A stretch of 59,113 bases of DNA, counting the filler. It is 4 parts of 4 records of this genome, joined end to end, with 100 filler letters (N's around TTAATTAATTAA, not from the genome) between each part and the next. Parts side by side here need not be neighbours in the genome. Positions count along the whole stretch, not along the records: positions 1 to 13,271 come from DRR378314_1095; positions 13,372 to 43,840 come from DRR378314_1096; 2 more parts are not named here. One strand, given 5' to 3'. Below are positions 10,474-19,991 of the stretch, in pieces. Position 1 is the first letter of the stretch, and each line of letters begins with the position of its first letter. The notes under the pieces were generated by a model. The model did not search any database and was not told the DNA's origin. It saw nothing but the letters and a program-made list of their open reading frames with translations. Both the position numbers and the translations under genes were made by a program.

Positions 10474-12209
10474 TCATTCCCCGCGGGTGTGCACAGCGCG
10501 GCATTCGTCGGGATACAACATTGGCGCCGCTACTTCACGAGCACGCGCTTCTCCAGCGAGATGGGCAACAAGCGTGAAAGCAAAATCCGCCGCGGTGCCA
10601 GGGCCCTGCGCGCGAACACCCGGCAGCATTTGTGCGGAGTTTTGTCAGCTAGGAGGAACAGGGGTTTCCGCTCTGTTGGTGGAGCGTTTCGCGTGGCCTT
10701 TCCACCGCTCTCTACGGGACGAGCTAGGTCGCCCCCCCCCAAAGCCACGATACTAGGCAAAGACAGGTACGCAGCACGTACTCGGGAGGTTATGAGGTTT
10801 CCGTCCACAAAAACGCGCTCGTTCCGAATGCTGATTGGAATTGGGCACATCTCGCCTTCCAGGTTCGGGTGGCAGACTCCTTCACGTCCCTGCATAAAAC
10901 CATGCGCGTTCAGCACTACGGCAGGAGCAGCGCAAATTGCGGCCACGTATCTATGCATGCGCATATATGGACAGTAAAGGGAACAATTAGCATAGCAGGT
11001 GCGAGTAGGCCGGTTCAGGCACGTATGGTGGCGACGCACTTTTCCGATTCTCGCTGCGGAGTAGGCCGGAGGCGGAGGTTGCGCGCTCCCTGGTTGCTGA
11101 GGTCTGTCCACCGCCTGACCGGCCCATACAGCATCCCGCGCAAAAATAAAATAAAATAAATTATACGACGAAAGCAGAAAAAAATTCGCGCACAAGGACA
11201 TACTTTGCTGGATTACTCAGAAAACTTCGCACGATTCTGAGCACGTTTTCTGACGATGCAAGGTTCCGCGCGCCCGGTAGTCCGCCTGAAGCACAGCACA
11301 AACGACAGGGAATACAACAGGCAGAGTTCGCGGGAGCACTTTCGTTAGCCCTGCGCGAGAGCTTGCGTGCATCCGGACGAGCGACTTGGCAGTAGATAGC
11401 AGGAGGAGCAGCTCCTCTACAACCAAGGAATAGAACAGAGAACACATTACAACTTGTTCCTATACACCACTTACCGGGAAGGACAATGGCGTGCATTTCC
11501 GATTCTTTGACATCTGCGAGGAGCGCGTCCGCCACCACAGTTACGCCGCGCGATCCTGTCACACTGAGCTCATGTGCTACTGACGCCACCGTAACCTCGA
11601 CCGCAGCCCTGTTGCGGCGGTGCAAAACCAGAAACACAACACGGGGGCGCACCACATTCAGTGAATCCATTTCCGCGTGCAGAAAGGTACAGAACCGCAA
11701 CCAGTTCACTGTACAATTATGGCCAAGGGTCCAAGGGGCGCGTCTCTCAATGGACAGGTCTGGCGAGCAGCGCCGAGGTACGGCTGCTGACGGCGAATCT
11801 GGCCGAAGCAAATCTGCACGCCCAAGCACGCGCACTATCCAGATCGGGAACACTGCGTTCGTGCGCTCGCAACGCACTCCCTGGTGATGGAGGATATCCC
11901 GTTCGATGGCACTCCGCGTTCCGCTCAGCCGACGCATGTATATACTGCAAAGTATGCCCTAATCTTTAGGTTAGCTTTCTTGTCACTCACTGGTGCATAC
12001 GAAGTCCTCGCGCACTCCAAAGACAGTGCGCCACAAGCGCTCTCGCGGGCACACAGATAGAAAGGCAAGACGTCGACCGATGCAGCTTTGGGCGCGTCAA
12101 GTCCAAGTGCACTCGCGAACCTTCTTAGAATATCGACGGTCGTGAGAGCTTCAATTTCCTCAAAACCCTGGGCAAGCACAACAAGAACGCGCTTACGCGG
12201 ACTGGACAT
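10474..12209 (-). CDS. DJ-1/PfpI family protein (PARK7/YajL-like), 5 exons, 201 aa
   Basis: Exons 12209-12121, 11608-11475, 11285-11204, 10950-10782 and 10605-10474 join through GT-AG introns into one 606-nt frame: VLVVLAQGFEEIEA, AIVLPGGLPGARNL, YVAAICAAP (catalytic Cys), DGNLITSRGPGTA. Confidence 0.92.
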
Positions 12210-13271
12210 TGCTGCAGAATACAAGACGCAGCGGCAAAAGCAACTTCAGAGGCGCAGACGCGCAGCGGAGCCGGCACTTGCGCACACGCGCACGACAGAA
12301 AAAAGGTCTCGCCAGCACCGCACGAGTTGGTGCGAGGGAAACCTTTGCCTGCCGAGCGGCTCCTCTCACTGTCTCTGTACAAAACGTCTGCACGGATGTC
12401 CAAAAATCCTAACTCGATCGCGCAGGCAAGCAGCAACCTGCCGACCTCTGGTTGCGTTGCTGTAACCCTGAACTATGGCATCAGCCGTATTTGCTCTCTT
12501 TTGATCTCAATTAACCTTGTATGATGATACCAGCATTGTCACGCTGTGGTAGGCAGCAAAGTTACTCGCAAAGAGCGTTGCAGAAGTGCTCGTTCGAACG
12601 CGCCGTCGTTCACGTGCAATAAACATTTTGGGTGGTGCACCGCCAGTACTGTGCTGCGCGATATGTAGAGCTAGTGGTGATATTGTACTGAGTAAGAGCA
12701 CGCGCAACAAAACTACAGAGAGCTTGCGTGCCAAGGCAGAGCATTACTTGTCCTTGGAGTTCGCTCTCGTACGCAGCCGTCCGTTCATGCTCACGTGCAG
12801 ACGCGACTCAGAAGAGAGCCAACCATGTGCATTTTGTCATTGCTGTACAAGTGCCTGTACATCAGGATAGCTGCGTGGACCAGTGGGGAAGGCGACGGCC
12901 CAAACAACGAAACAAAGAAAGCAGACTGAACAAAAAGACACAGCTCGCGCGCTCCGCGTTCGGACTTCCCGTTCAGTGCTTGCGCGACGATGAGCGCGTC
13001 CTTCTTTTTCCCTCAGCCTTTGGGAAGTATGTATATTCGCCCGTCAGCGTCCGCTCAAGGTGTCTCGAACGGCATCAGAGGCACTTTTCATGCTTCAGGG
13101 CTCGAAATGTGTAAGAGAGCATAAAGACGCACTCTTCTGCTCGGGCGCCACTTGCCAGCAATCTTCCACTGTGGATGGGAGATCGGGAGGGCAACCGCGC
13201 TTTTCAGCGAGGGCAGATATGCGGCACCGTATTTGGATCAGCACTCAGCACAGGCGCCAGGGTACCTACTG

Positions 13272-13371
13272 NNNNNNNNNNNNNNNNNNNNNNNNNNNNN
13301 NNNNNNNNNNNNNNNTTAATTAATTAANNNNNNNNNNNNNNNNNNNNNNNNNNNNNNNNNNNNNNNNNNNN
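13272..13371. other. Artificial contig-joining spacer
   Basis: N44-TTAATTAATTAA-N44, with stop codons in all six frames; identical to the two other spacers. Confidence 0.97.
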
Positions 13372-13627
13372 TTAACTGCTAGGATCGAAGCATTAGAGCG
13401 ACAAAAGCCGCAGGGAATAATCTAATGCCAAATGTTCCATGTATTGAGCTTCACCCTAATAGCCAACGCGTGCAGGCGCATGTTGATGTTACGCTAATCG
13501 CCGACTCTACCAATACGGTGACTTTTTTCGCTGGGTGAGCGCTAGGATATCGCCTGAAGCTACAAGCAGCCGATTGAATGCATAGAGACGATAGCAGGGA
13601 AGGTGGCCTTTCATAAGGAAGTGATTG

Positions 13628-13656
13628 AATGACTGTTTTCGACCCTGAGCGGCCAT
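13628..13656 (+). repeat. Dispersed short repeat, type A copy 1
   Basis: AATGACTGTTTTCGACCCTGAGCGGCCAT; the 13-bp core CTGTTTTCGACCC is identical to 39825-39837. Confidence 0.7.
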
Positions 13657-13901
13657 CCGCAGGATAGGAGCCCCTGGCTACAATGCGTTTTTTTCTGGTC
13701 AGTTCTGTAACGTGAAGGCTTGTATTGCCAAAGGATAATCTTGAAAATACATATAAAACAATTGCTTATGATCAGATTTTTTATGCTTATGCGCAATTTT
13801 CAGAGACTGGTGATAATGTTAACGCGCATGCGTATGAATAAAACTGTTATGTTTAGGCGCTCTATGGATATTCATGTTCAAGTTTGGAAGGGTTAATAAA
13901 T

Positions 13902-15482
13902 ATGGAGTTTCGTGTTTTATCCAAAAGCAATTGGGTGCCAGAAAACGGAAAGAATACTGCTTATCTTAAGGTCGACCACTGGAATGATTATTCATTTGTA
14001 ACTATGTTCCACCTGTCGCTCCATGATGATGCTGGCATACTTCATGATATTGGTGAAATTAAAATTGGTTTTAAAAGTCAGACGACAGAAATAAGCACCT
14101 ATACAAAGCTGGAGGCTAGCTTTACGAATTTAGGGGAAGAGTTCTTTTCACTAGGTCAAGGCGTTGATTTCTATAAAAACATTGCAGCGTTGCCAGGTAG
14201 TATTCGGAAGCCACTATTGTCGTCGCTGAGAGATATTGTAGTAAATCCAGCCATTATTGAGTCTATCAAAGATGAGGACGTTTTTGGCACTTCTTTACTA
14301 AGAAACGTTAGTCTCTCTGTTGTAAAAGGACAATATGCAAGGTTGGTAGAAGGCTTGGCAGAGTTAACCGATTTTAAATTTAAATTTGTAAGGCTTGAAG
14401 CGCCAAAATTCGGAAGTATTGACCTTAATTTTGAGGTCAAAGTTGACTCGAATCCAAGATCGAATATTCATGCAATTATTGGTCGGAATGGTGTAGGAAA
14501 AACCACCATCCTAAATGGCATGATATCTTCCATCACAGATAGGGAGGGGGCGACTGCAAAATTTATAGATACAGAGAGTTGGCAAGAAACCGAGATTGCT
14601 AATGACTATTTCAGTAGTCTTGTTTCAGTTTCATTCAGTGCTTTTGACCCATTCTCGCCACCTAATGAGCAACCTGATCCTGCGAAAGGTACGTGCTATT
14701 TCTATATTGGCTTGAAAGATTCAAACAACTCTGACCTCCATCGAACAATTAGTGACCTTCAGTATGATTGCATAAAAGCATTGACTAACTGCTTTCAAGA
14801 TTCAAATAAAACCAAGCGCTGGCTAGATGCAATAGAAAAGTTAGGGTCTGATGAAAACTTTTTTTTGATGAGGCTGGAAAAACTAAATTCCATTTATCTG
14901 GAAATGCGTCATAGATATAATGAAGATGAACAGTCTGACTCAACCTCTTTTGTAGAAAGATTTCGAGATGCTGTAGCTCCCACACTATCCAGAATGAGCT
15001 CTGGTCATGCAATCGTACTCCTGACAATTACTCGTTTAGTCGCCACTGTTGAAGAAAAGACGCTAGTACTACTTGACGAACCTGAGAGCCATTTGCATCC
15101 GCCTTTATTATCTGCATTCATACGCGCTCTTTCTGATTTGCTTAATGATAGAAACGGACTTTCCATCATCGCAACTCACTCACCTGTAGTCTTACAAGAA
15201 ATACCAAAATCATGTGTTTGGAAGATATACCGAAAAGGCGCAAATGTAACGGCGAGCAGGCCAAACATTGAGACATTCGCTGAGAATGTTGGAGTATTAA
15301 CTAGTGAGGTTTTCAATTTAGAAGTTGAGCGCTCAGGTTTTCACGACATTCTTGCAAATTCAGTTCTATTGGGAAAAGCCTACGAAGAAATTTTAACAGA
15401 GTACGATGACCAAATTGGTTTTGAAGGAAGAGCTATTTTAAAGGTTCTTATCGCTAAGCGTAACAGGGAGTATTATTCATGA
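13902..15482 (+). CDS. ABC-type (AAA_21-like) ATPase, Septu PtuA-like putative anti-phage ATPase
   Basis: Walker A GRNGVGKT, signature MSSGH, Walker B/D-loop LVLLDEPESHLHP, H-loop ATHSP. AT-rich. Overlaps the HNH gene (ATGA). ATG at 13902 is preferred over the TTG at 13884. Confidence 0.85.
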   Translation: MEFRVLSKSNWVPENGKNTAYLKVDHWNDYSFVTMFHLSLHDDAGILHDIGEIKIGFKSQTTEISTYTKLEASFTNLGEEFFSLGQGVDFYKNIAALPGSIRKPLLSSLRDIVVNPAIIESIKDEDVFGTSLLRNVSLSVVKGQYARLVEGLAELTDFKFKFVRLEAPKFGSIDLNFEVKVDSNPRSNIHAIIGRNGVGKTTILNGMISSITDREGATAKFIDTESWQETEIANDYFSSLVSVSFSAFDPFSPPNEQPDPAKGTCYFYIGLKDSNNSDLHRTISDLQYDCIKALTNCFQDSNKTKRWLDAIEKLGSDENFFLMRLEKLNSIYLEMRHRYNEDEQSDSTSFVERFRDAVAPTLSRMSSGHAIVLLTITRLVATVEEKTLVLLDEPESHLHPPLLSAFIRALSDLLNDRNGLSIIATHSPVVLQEIPKSCVWKIYRKGANVTASRPNIETFAENVGVLTSEVFNLEVERSGFHDILANSVLLGKAYEEILTEYDDQIGFEGRAILKVLIAKRNREYYS

Positions 15483-16582
15483 TGCTTCTTGATGAGCCTC
15501 TATATACTTTTGAGCAAACTATCGATGAGTGTATTCTTGGCGTCACAGGGAATGACTCTTTACGTAAAAAGTTGATCGCGAGCAAGGGGGATTTTTCTAA
15601 TGCGGGCATGCAATACAGATGCGCAGCAGGCACAGCTGAACTGTATGCTATACAACCGGTTAGTGTCGGTGGCGACCCTATAGTAATTAATGCTCTTAAA
15701 AAAAGTGAGTTGTTAAAAATTTATGAGCAATATTTTAGGGCTTCTGAAAAGCCGGCTAGAAAAGTATATGATTCAATTTTAAATTCTGCACAAGATAAGT
15801 GTCCGTTTTGTGGGGGAATAGGTACTCCACGCAACTTAGATCACTTTTTACCCAAGGCTCATTACCCACAATTCTCTGTTTTGCCCAGCAATCTGGTACC
15901 TTCCTGCCGAGATTGCAATATGGATGGAAAAGGGAAAAACTTTGCCACTAGTGCTGAAAAACAAATAATTCAACCTTATTCGGATAATCAAAGATTTTTT
16001 ATCGACCAATGGATCTTTGCTTGTTATGTTGCAGTTGATGATGGTGAGCCGGGAGAATTTAAATATTACGTCTCACCTCCTGAGGGGTGGCCCGAGGTCG
16101 ATAAACAGAGAGCTCGGACTCATTTTGAAGGATTTGATTTGGCTAAGCGTTATGCAACGAAAGCCGCTGAGCAACTGGGTACTGTGCTTGGGCAGATTAG
16201 ATCTATGGAGCAGGCGGATCTCGACATCAGCGTTATTAAAAGTGTGCTTCTGCAACCAGCAATAGAAACAGCTCAGTTCTCGAATCATTGGCAAAAGGGC
16301 ATGTATCAAGCTCTGTATAGTCATTATACGATGTTGGAAAATGCAAAACTTAGCACGTCTAAAATATGCCCTGTTTGCGAGGGAGAATGTTTTTTCGTTA
16401 ACTACTTTTGTCCATTGTGTAATGGAAATGGAATCGTTGTAGCGCAACTTGAAATAGATATTTCTGATTACCAATACTTGAAATGTCCTGAATGTGATGG
16501 ACGGGAAAGGTGTCATTTGTGTTCCGGTAAGGGGTTGATAAGCAGAGATAAAGCTCTTGAAATGACTCGGAATAGGCCATAA
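15479..16582 (+). CDS. HNH endonuclease (PtuB-like) with C-terminal CxxC-repeat zinc finger
   Basis: CPFC...LDHFLPK...NLVPSCRDCN HNH motif; C-terminal CPVCEG, CPLCNGNG, CPECDG and CHLCSGKG repeats. Confidence 0.88.
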   Translation: MMLLDEPLYTFEQTIDECILGVTGNDSLRKKLIASKGDFSNAGMQYRCAAGTAELYAIQPVSVGGDPIVINALKKSELLKIYEQYFRASEKPARKVYDSILNSAQDKCPFCGGIGTPRNLDHFLPKAHYPQFSVLPSNLVPSCRDCNMDGKGKNFATSAEKQIIQPYSDNQRFFIDQWIFACYVAVDDGEPGEFKYYVSPPEGWPEVDKQRARTHFEGFDLAKRYATKAAEQLGTVLGQIRSMEQADLDISVIKSVLLQPAIETAQFSNHWQKGMYQALYSHYTMLENAKLSTSKICPVCEGECFFVNYFCPLCNGNGIVVAQLEIDISDYQYLKCPECDGRERCHLCSGKGLISRDKALEMTRNRP

Positions 16583-16654
16583 CAATTGGCTGCACAGCGA
16601 CCCGTTTTCCGCCACTTTGTTGCTCCAAACCGGCGCGTGAGCCGAGCGTTATAT
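16577..16654 (+). mobile_element. Integron attC recombination site
   Basis: R'' CCATAAC (contains the HNH stop codon); L'' GGCT[G]CAC pairs with L' GTGAGCC, leaving an extrahelical base; R' GTTATAT; 78 bp in total. Confidence 0.85.
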
Positions 16655-16666
16655 CAGCACTACCTC

Positions 16667-16696
16667 AAAGACCGCTTCTGGCCGTAAGCAGCCCAT
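16667..16696 (+). repeat. Dispersed short repeat, type B copy 1
   Basis: AAAGACCGCTTCTGGCCGT is 19/19 identical to 22909-22927 and 17/18 identical to 43597-43614. Confidence 0.85.
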
Positions 16697-16763
16697 ATAT
16701 GCTACAAACAGAATTTAGACTTATATGTTTGCTTATAGTTCTAGACTTGCCAGGAGTCCAACC

Positions 16764-18146
16764 CTACCCCAAAAAACGCTCAAGAAACCCCAAAAATCGA
16801 TGATCATTGGCATAGGCAATATGCATACGCATAGACGATGCATCCGGCCCATTAGGGCGTAGTGAAAAGATACTGCCGGGCGCGATGAAAATACCTTCGT
16901 CCGAGGCTATTTTGGCAAGTTGCATTGCGTCGATATTATTCGGCAGGCGCGCCCATAAGTAATAACCTTCACCAGGCCCCTCTATATTCTCAAGTCCCAC
17001 TTCTTTCAATGCAGTAATCGTACTGGCACTGGCCTTGGTAATACGTTCGCGAAGCTGTACCAAGTGACGGCGGTAACGCCCGTGGGCAATCATGTCGTGA
17101 ATCAGGCGCTCGCTGAAGGTGGAGCTGTTAACGACGGTCACCATTTTGATATCGGTAAGTGCATTAACCAGCCCAGGATTGGCCGCCAAGTAACCCGAGC
17201 GAATGCCGGTGGAAAGCGTCTTGGAAAACGTACCGACGTAAATCACGCGACTCAGGTCATCCAGTGCTGCCAAGTGAGCGCTTCCTCGGTGGAGTAGGTC
17301 AGCGAAGGCGTCGTCTTCTACTAGTATCAGGTTGTAGCGTTCTGCGAGTGTCAGTAGCCGATACAGCTGGTTAAGTGAAAGGGTAGAGCCCGTCGGGTTA
17401 TGGGCATTAGGCTGGAGAAAGAAAACATTGGGGCGATATTGAATAATCTTGCGCTCCAGGTCATCTAGGTCCAGCCCATCGTGGCTGCGGGAAACGCCAA
17501 TCAGCTTGGCCTTGGCCAGGCGCAGCTTGCCAAACAGCGGGTAATAGCCGGGCGTTTCTACCAGGACGCGGTCGCCTGGGGCGATTAGGTGGCGAATAAT
17601 AAGATCAAAGGCATGATTGGCGCCGAAGGTCAGCAATACCTGTTCATGAGAAGCGTGAATGGAGCGTCCGGCCAGTACCCTGGCAATCGTTTCACGCAGT
17701 GGGAGATACCCTTGAGGAGCACCGTACTCGATATCATCATTGCCGATAGACGTTAATCGCTTGGCTTGCCGCGCAAGCGCTGCGCCTCCCATCCAGCTGG
17801 CGGGCGCTCGGCCGTCGCCTACCCGTACCTGAAAGTTACCTACCAACTGCTCCCTCAGAAGCGAGACGCTATCGACGGCTTCCTTTAGCTCGTAGGTCTT
17901 TTCCCGCGCTTCAAGCGCGGGTGGCTGCGTAACAAAAAAGCCTGCCCCTTGGCGGGCACGCAACCTGCCCAGCGCAATTAACTGATCATAAGCATCCACA
18001 ATGGTGTTTTTTGACACTCCATGCTGCCGGGCAGCTTCGCGTATAGAAGCGAGCCTAGCCCCTGGGGCAAGGCGGCCTTCGTTGATAGCCTTGAGAATGG
18101 TGTCGGCTACGTGCCTGGATTTCGACATGATCCGTATCTTCCGCAA
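16764..18146 (-). CDS. MocR/GabR-family PLP-dependent GntR regulator
   Basis: N-terminal GntR wHTH (LAPGARLASIREAARQHGVSKNTIVDAY); aminotransferase-like domain with HNPTG, EDD and GTFSKTL (PLP Lys). The real start may be 18128. Confidence 0.93.
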   Translation of the reverse strand: MRKIRIMSKSRHVADTILKAINEGRLAPGARLASIREAARQHGVSKNTIVDAYDQLIALGRLRARQGAGFFVTQPPALEAREKTYELKEAVDSVSLLREQLVGNFQVRVGDGRAPASWMGGAALARQAKRLTSIGNDDIEYGAPQGYLPLRETIARVLAGRSIHASHEQVLLTFGANHAFDLIIRHLIAPGDRVLVETPGYYPLFGKLRLAKAKLIGVSRSHDGLDLDDLERKIIQYRPNVFFLQPNAHNPTGSTLSLNQLYRLLTLAERYNLILVEDDAFADLLHRGSAHLAALDDLSRVIYVGTFSKTLSTGIRSGYLAANPGLVNALTDIKMVTVVNSSTFSERLIHDMIAHGRYRRHLVQLRERITKASASTITALKEVGLENIEGPGEGYYLWARLPNNIDAMQLAKIASDEGIFIAPGSIFSLRPNGPDASSMRMHIAYANDHRFLGFLERFLG

Positions 18147-18171
18147 AACGGGTTAAGCCCGGTGAAATCAG

Positions 18172-18227
18172 TGTACCTGTCTTTTGATGGGTACAGTACT
18201 TCGTACAATCTCGCCAACTGTACCTAT
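18172..18227. promoter_or_regulatory. Probable operator of the MocR regulator (three TGTACC boxes)
   Basis: TGTACC 18172-77, GGTACA 18190-95 and TGTACC 18219-24 lie in the divergent intergenic region; GATGGGTACAG and CTGTACCTATC form an inverted pair. Confidence 0.5.
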
Positions 18228-18302
18228 CAGTACTCAGCAAGTTTACCCATCATGTGCTCCATTAAAAAAGGCACATCCATAATAAATTCAAGGAGACACG
18301 CT

Positions 18303-18536
18303 ATGTCTGAGAAGAAGAATCGGTTTCTCAATGTGTGGGATGACTCGGTGAGTGGGAGAGATCTTCTGCTGTCACTGTGTATTTCGACGCCGTTAACACT
18401 AGGCGGCTATCTGCTTGCTCCAGCGCAGCCTCCGCTTCCTCTTATTCTTGGGTTGAGCGGCGCTATTCTGGGCTTCTTCATCAATGCGCTGCTGTTTCGC
18501 CCTAAGCGGCAGCTGCAAACCGGTGAGGATAAGTAG
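18303..18536 (+). CDS. Small 77-aa membrane protein (2 TM), probable transporter accessory subunit
   Basis: AGGAGA RBS before the ATG at 18303; two hydrophobic segments; ends 2 bp before the permease gene. Confidence 0.8.
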   Translation: MSEKKNRFLNVWDDSVSGRDLLLSLCISTPLTLGGYLLAPAQPPLPLILGLSGAILGFFINALLFRPKRQLQTGEDK

Positions 18537-18538
18537 TC

Positions 18539-19891
18539 ATGGATCCCGTCTTATTACTTCAAATGTTGGCGGCTGCGATCATTGCCGTCATCGTTTATAC
18601 CGCGATCGGTGTTGCACCGGGTACCGATGAAACCGCCGTACTGGCTCCGGTAACGCTGGCGCTGGTGGTCGCGGGCATACCGCTTCCCGTGGTGCTGGCT
18701 TTCTTTATGGCGGCCATTGTTGCCAAGAAGCTGACCGACTCCATTCCCGTTTCGGTAGCCGGTATACCGGGAGGGGTGATGTCGGCACCTATGGTTGAGC
18801 ACGCACTGATCTTGAAGCGTGAAGGTCATGCCACCCTGGCGATTCGTAAAATGGCGTCCGGTTCGGTCATCGGTACGCTGGTGGCGATCCCCATTAGTCT
18901 GTTTCTGGCTTTTCTATTGACACCCCTAGCCGATGTGCTTGGCCAGTATGCCAGCCAGATATTCTTTGGCGGGGCCGTATTTCTTGCTCTGATGAGCAAG
19001 GAGAAAGTCATCAGCCTGATCAGTATTGTGCTACTGGCAGCATTGATTCAGGGCTTGCGGCACCTGTATTGGGGGATGGGCGTCATTCCGGAAGGGCAGA
19101 CTGTATTCATCTCGTTCTTCTTGGGCATCACCATTGGCCCGATGATGTTTAATCTGGCACAGCTCACGGTCAACAGTGAGCGCCATAAAATGGCGGAGTC
19201 TGAGCCTAAGCAGATCCAGATCTACGGTAACGATGAGAAAGGGCAGCTACCCAATCCATTTCGCATTCTGACGCGTCAGGAAAGCGCCTCGGCCGCAGCT
19301 AGCTCTGTCCTGGGTTCGGTCACATTCTTCATGAGCCCGGTCGGCATCACGATCTTTCTGGGTGAAGTAATGTCGAGCTGGGTGAAAGGTACGGTCAATA
19401 AGGCTAGTCGCGCGCTATCTTCAATGGATGCCGTCACCAACGCCTCTTACATCGCGGGCATCTTGATTCCCTTAGCGGCACTAGGCATACCGATGAGCCC
19501 GATGGCGATTGGCCCAGGCAACGCTTTCTTCAACGCACCGCCGGTACTGACGCTCGAGCAGAATGCTCACCACTTGATGAGTTTTTCCGAAATTACCATC
19601 GCCAGCATTTTGGGTGCCGGTGTCGCTTTGCTGATTACCTACCCGATTGCGGTTCGGTACGCACGGCGTATCTGCATCTTTGTGTTCAAGCACATTCCTC
19701 ACGAAGCGTTCCTGGCGATGTTCTTCTCGCTGGTCATGCTGCTTGCCTATATGGATGCCGGAGTAATGGGCATTTTGGGCGTGATGGTGCTGGCACTGAT
19801 GGCAGGTCTACTCAACCGTTGGGGCGTCAACTATGGCGTGCAGTTCATGACGCTTTATGCCGCACCGTGGCTTTTAGGGCTAATCGCTTAA
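18539..19891 (+). CDS. Tripartite tricarboxylate transporter TctA-like permease
   Basis: Highly hydrophobic 450 aa with TctA-type IGVAPG and AGIPGG motifs and a second-repeat IPLAALGIP. Confidence 0.75.
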   Translation: MDPVLLLQMLAAAIIAVIVYTAIGVAPGTDETAVLAPVTLALVVAGIPLPVVLAFFMAAIVAKKLTDSIPVSVAGIPGGVMSAPMVEHALILKREGHATLAIRKMASGSVIGTLVAIPISLFLAFLLTPLADVLGQYASQIFFGGAVFLALMSKEKVISLISIVLLAALIQGLRHLYWGMGVIPEGQTVFISFFLGITIGPMMFNLAQLTVNSERHKMAESEPKQIQIYGNDEKGQLPNPFRILTRQESASAAASSVLGSVTFFMSPVGITIFLGEVMSSWVKGTVNKASRALSSMDAVTNASYIAGILIPLAALGIPMSPMAIGPGNAFFNAPPVLTLEQNAHHLMSFSEITIASILGAGVALLITYPIAVRYARRICIFVFKHIPHEAFLAMFFSLVMLLAYMDAGVMGILGVMVLALMAGLLNRWGVNYGVQFMTLYAAPWLLGLIA

Positions 19892-19991
19892 TCCGTTTGG
19901 ATCCATGCCTGACGCATATGCTGACTCTTGGTAAATCGTACACGTCAGGCACATTTACTTATTCAACCTCAATTGATCAGAGGCATTATTC

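Noticed and set aside
83-10977. Numerous long overlapping or antisense ORFs (e.g. 8438-10504, 4880-6265, 25701-26819)
   Set aside because: These are shadow ORFs of GC-rich coding sequence with no recognisable motifs.
8820-12209. Functional link between the giant protein's putative GATase-like domain and the convergent DJ-1 gene
   Set aside because: The evidence is only a possible shared fold and adjacency in a eukaryotic genome; no sequence similarity is visible.
13372-16582. Retron (Ec78-type RT + PtuAB)
   Set aside because: There is no reverse transcriptase (no YADD motif) and no room for one between motif A and the ATPase. The upstream imperfect inverted repeat (~13780-13845) is not a convincing msr-msd.
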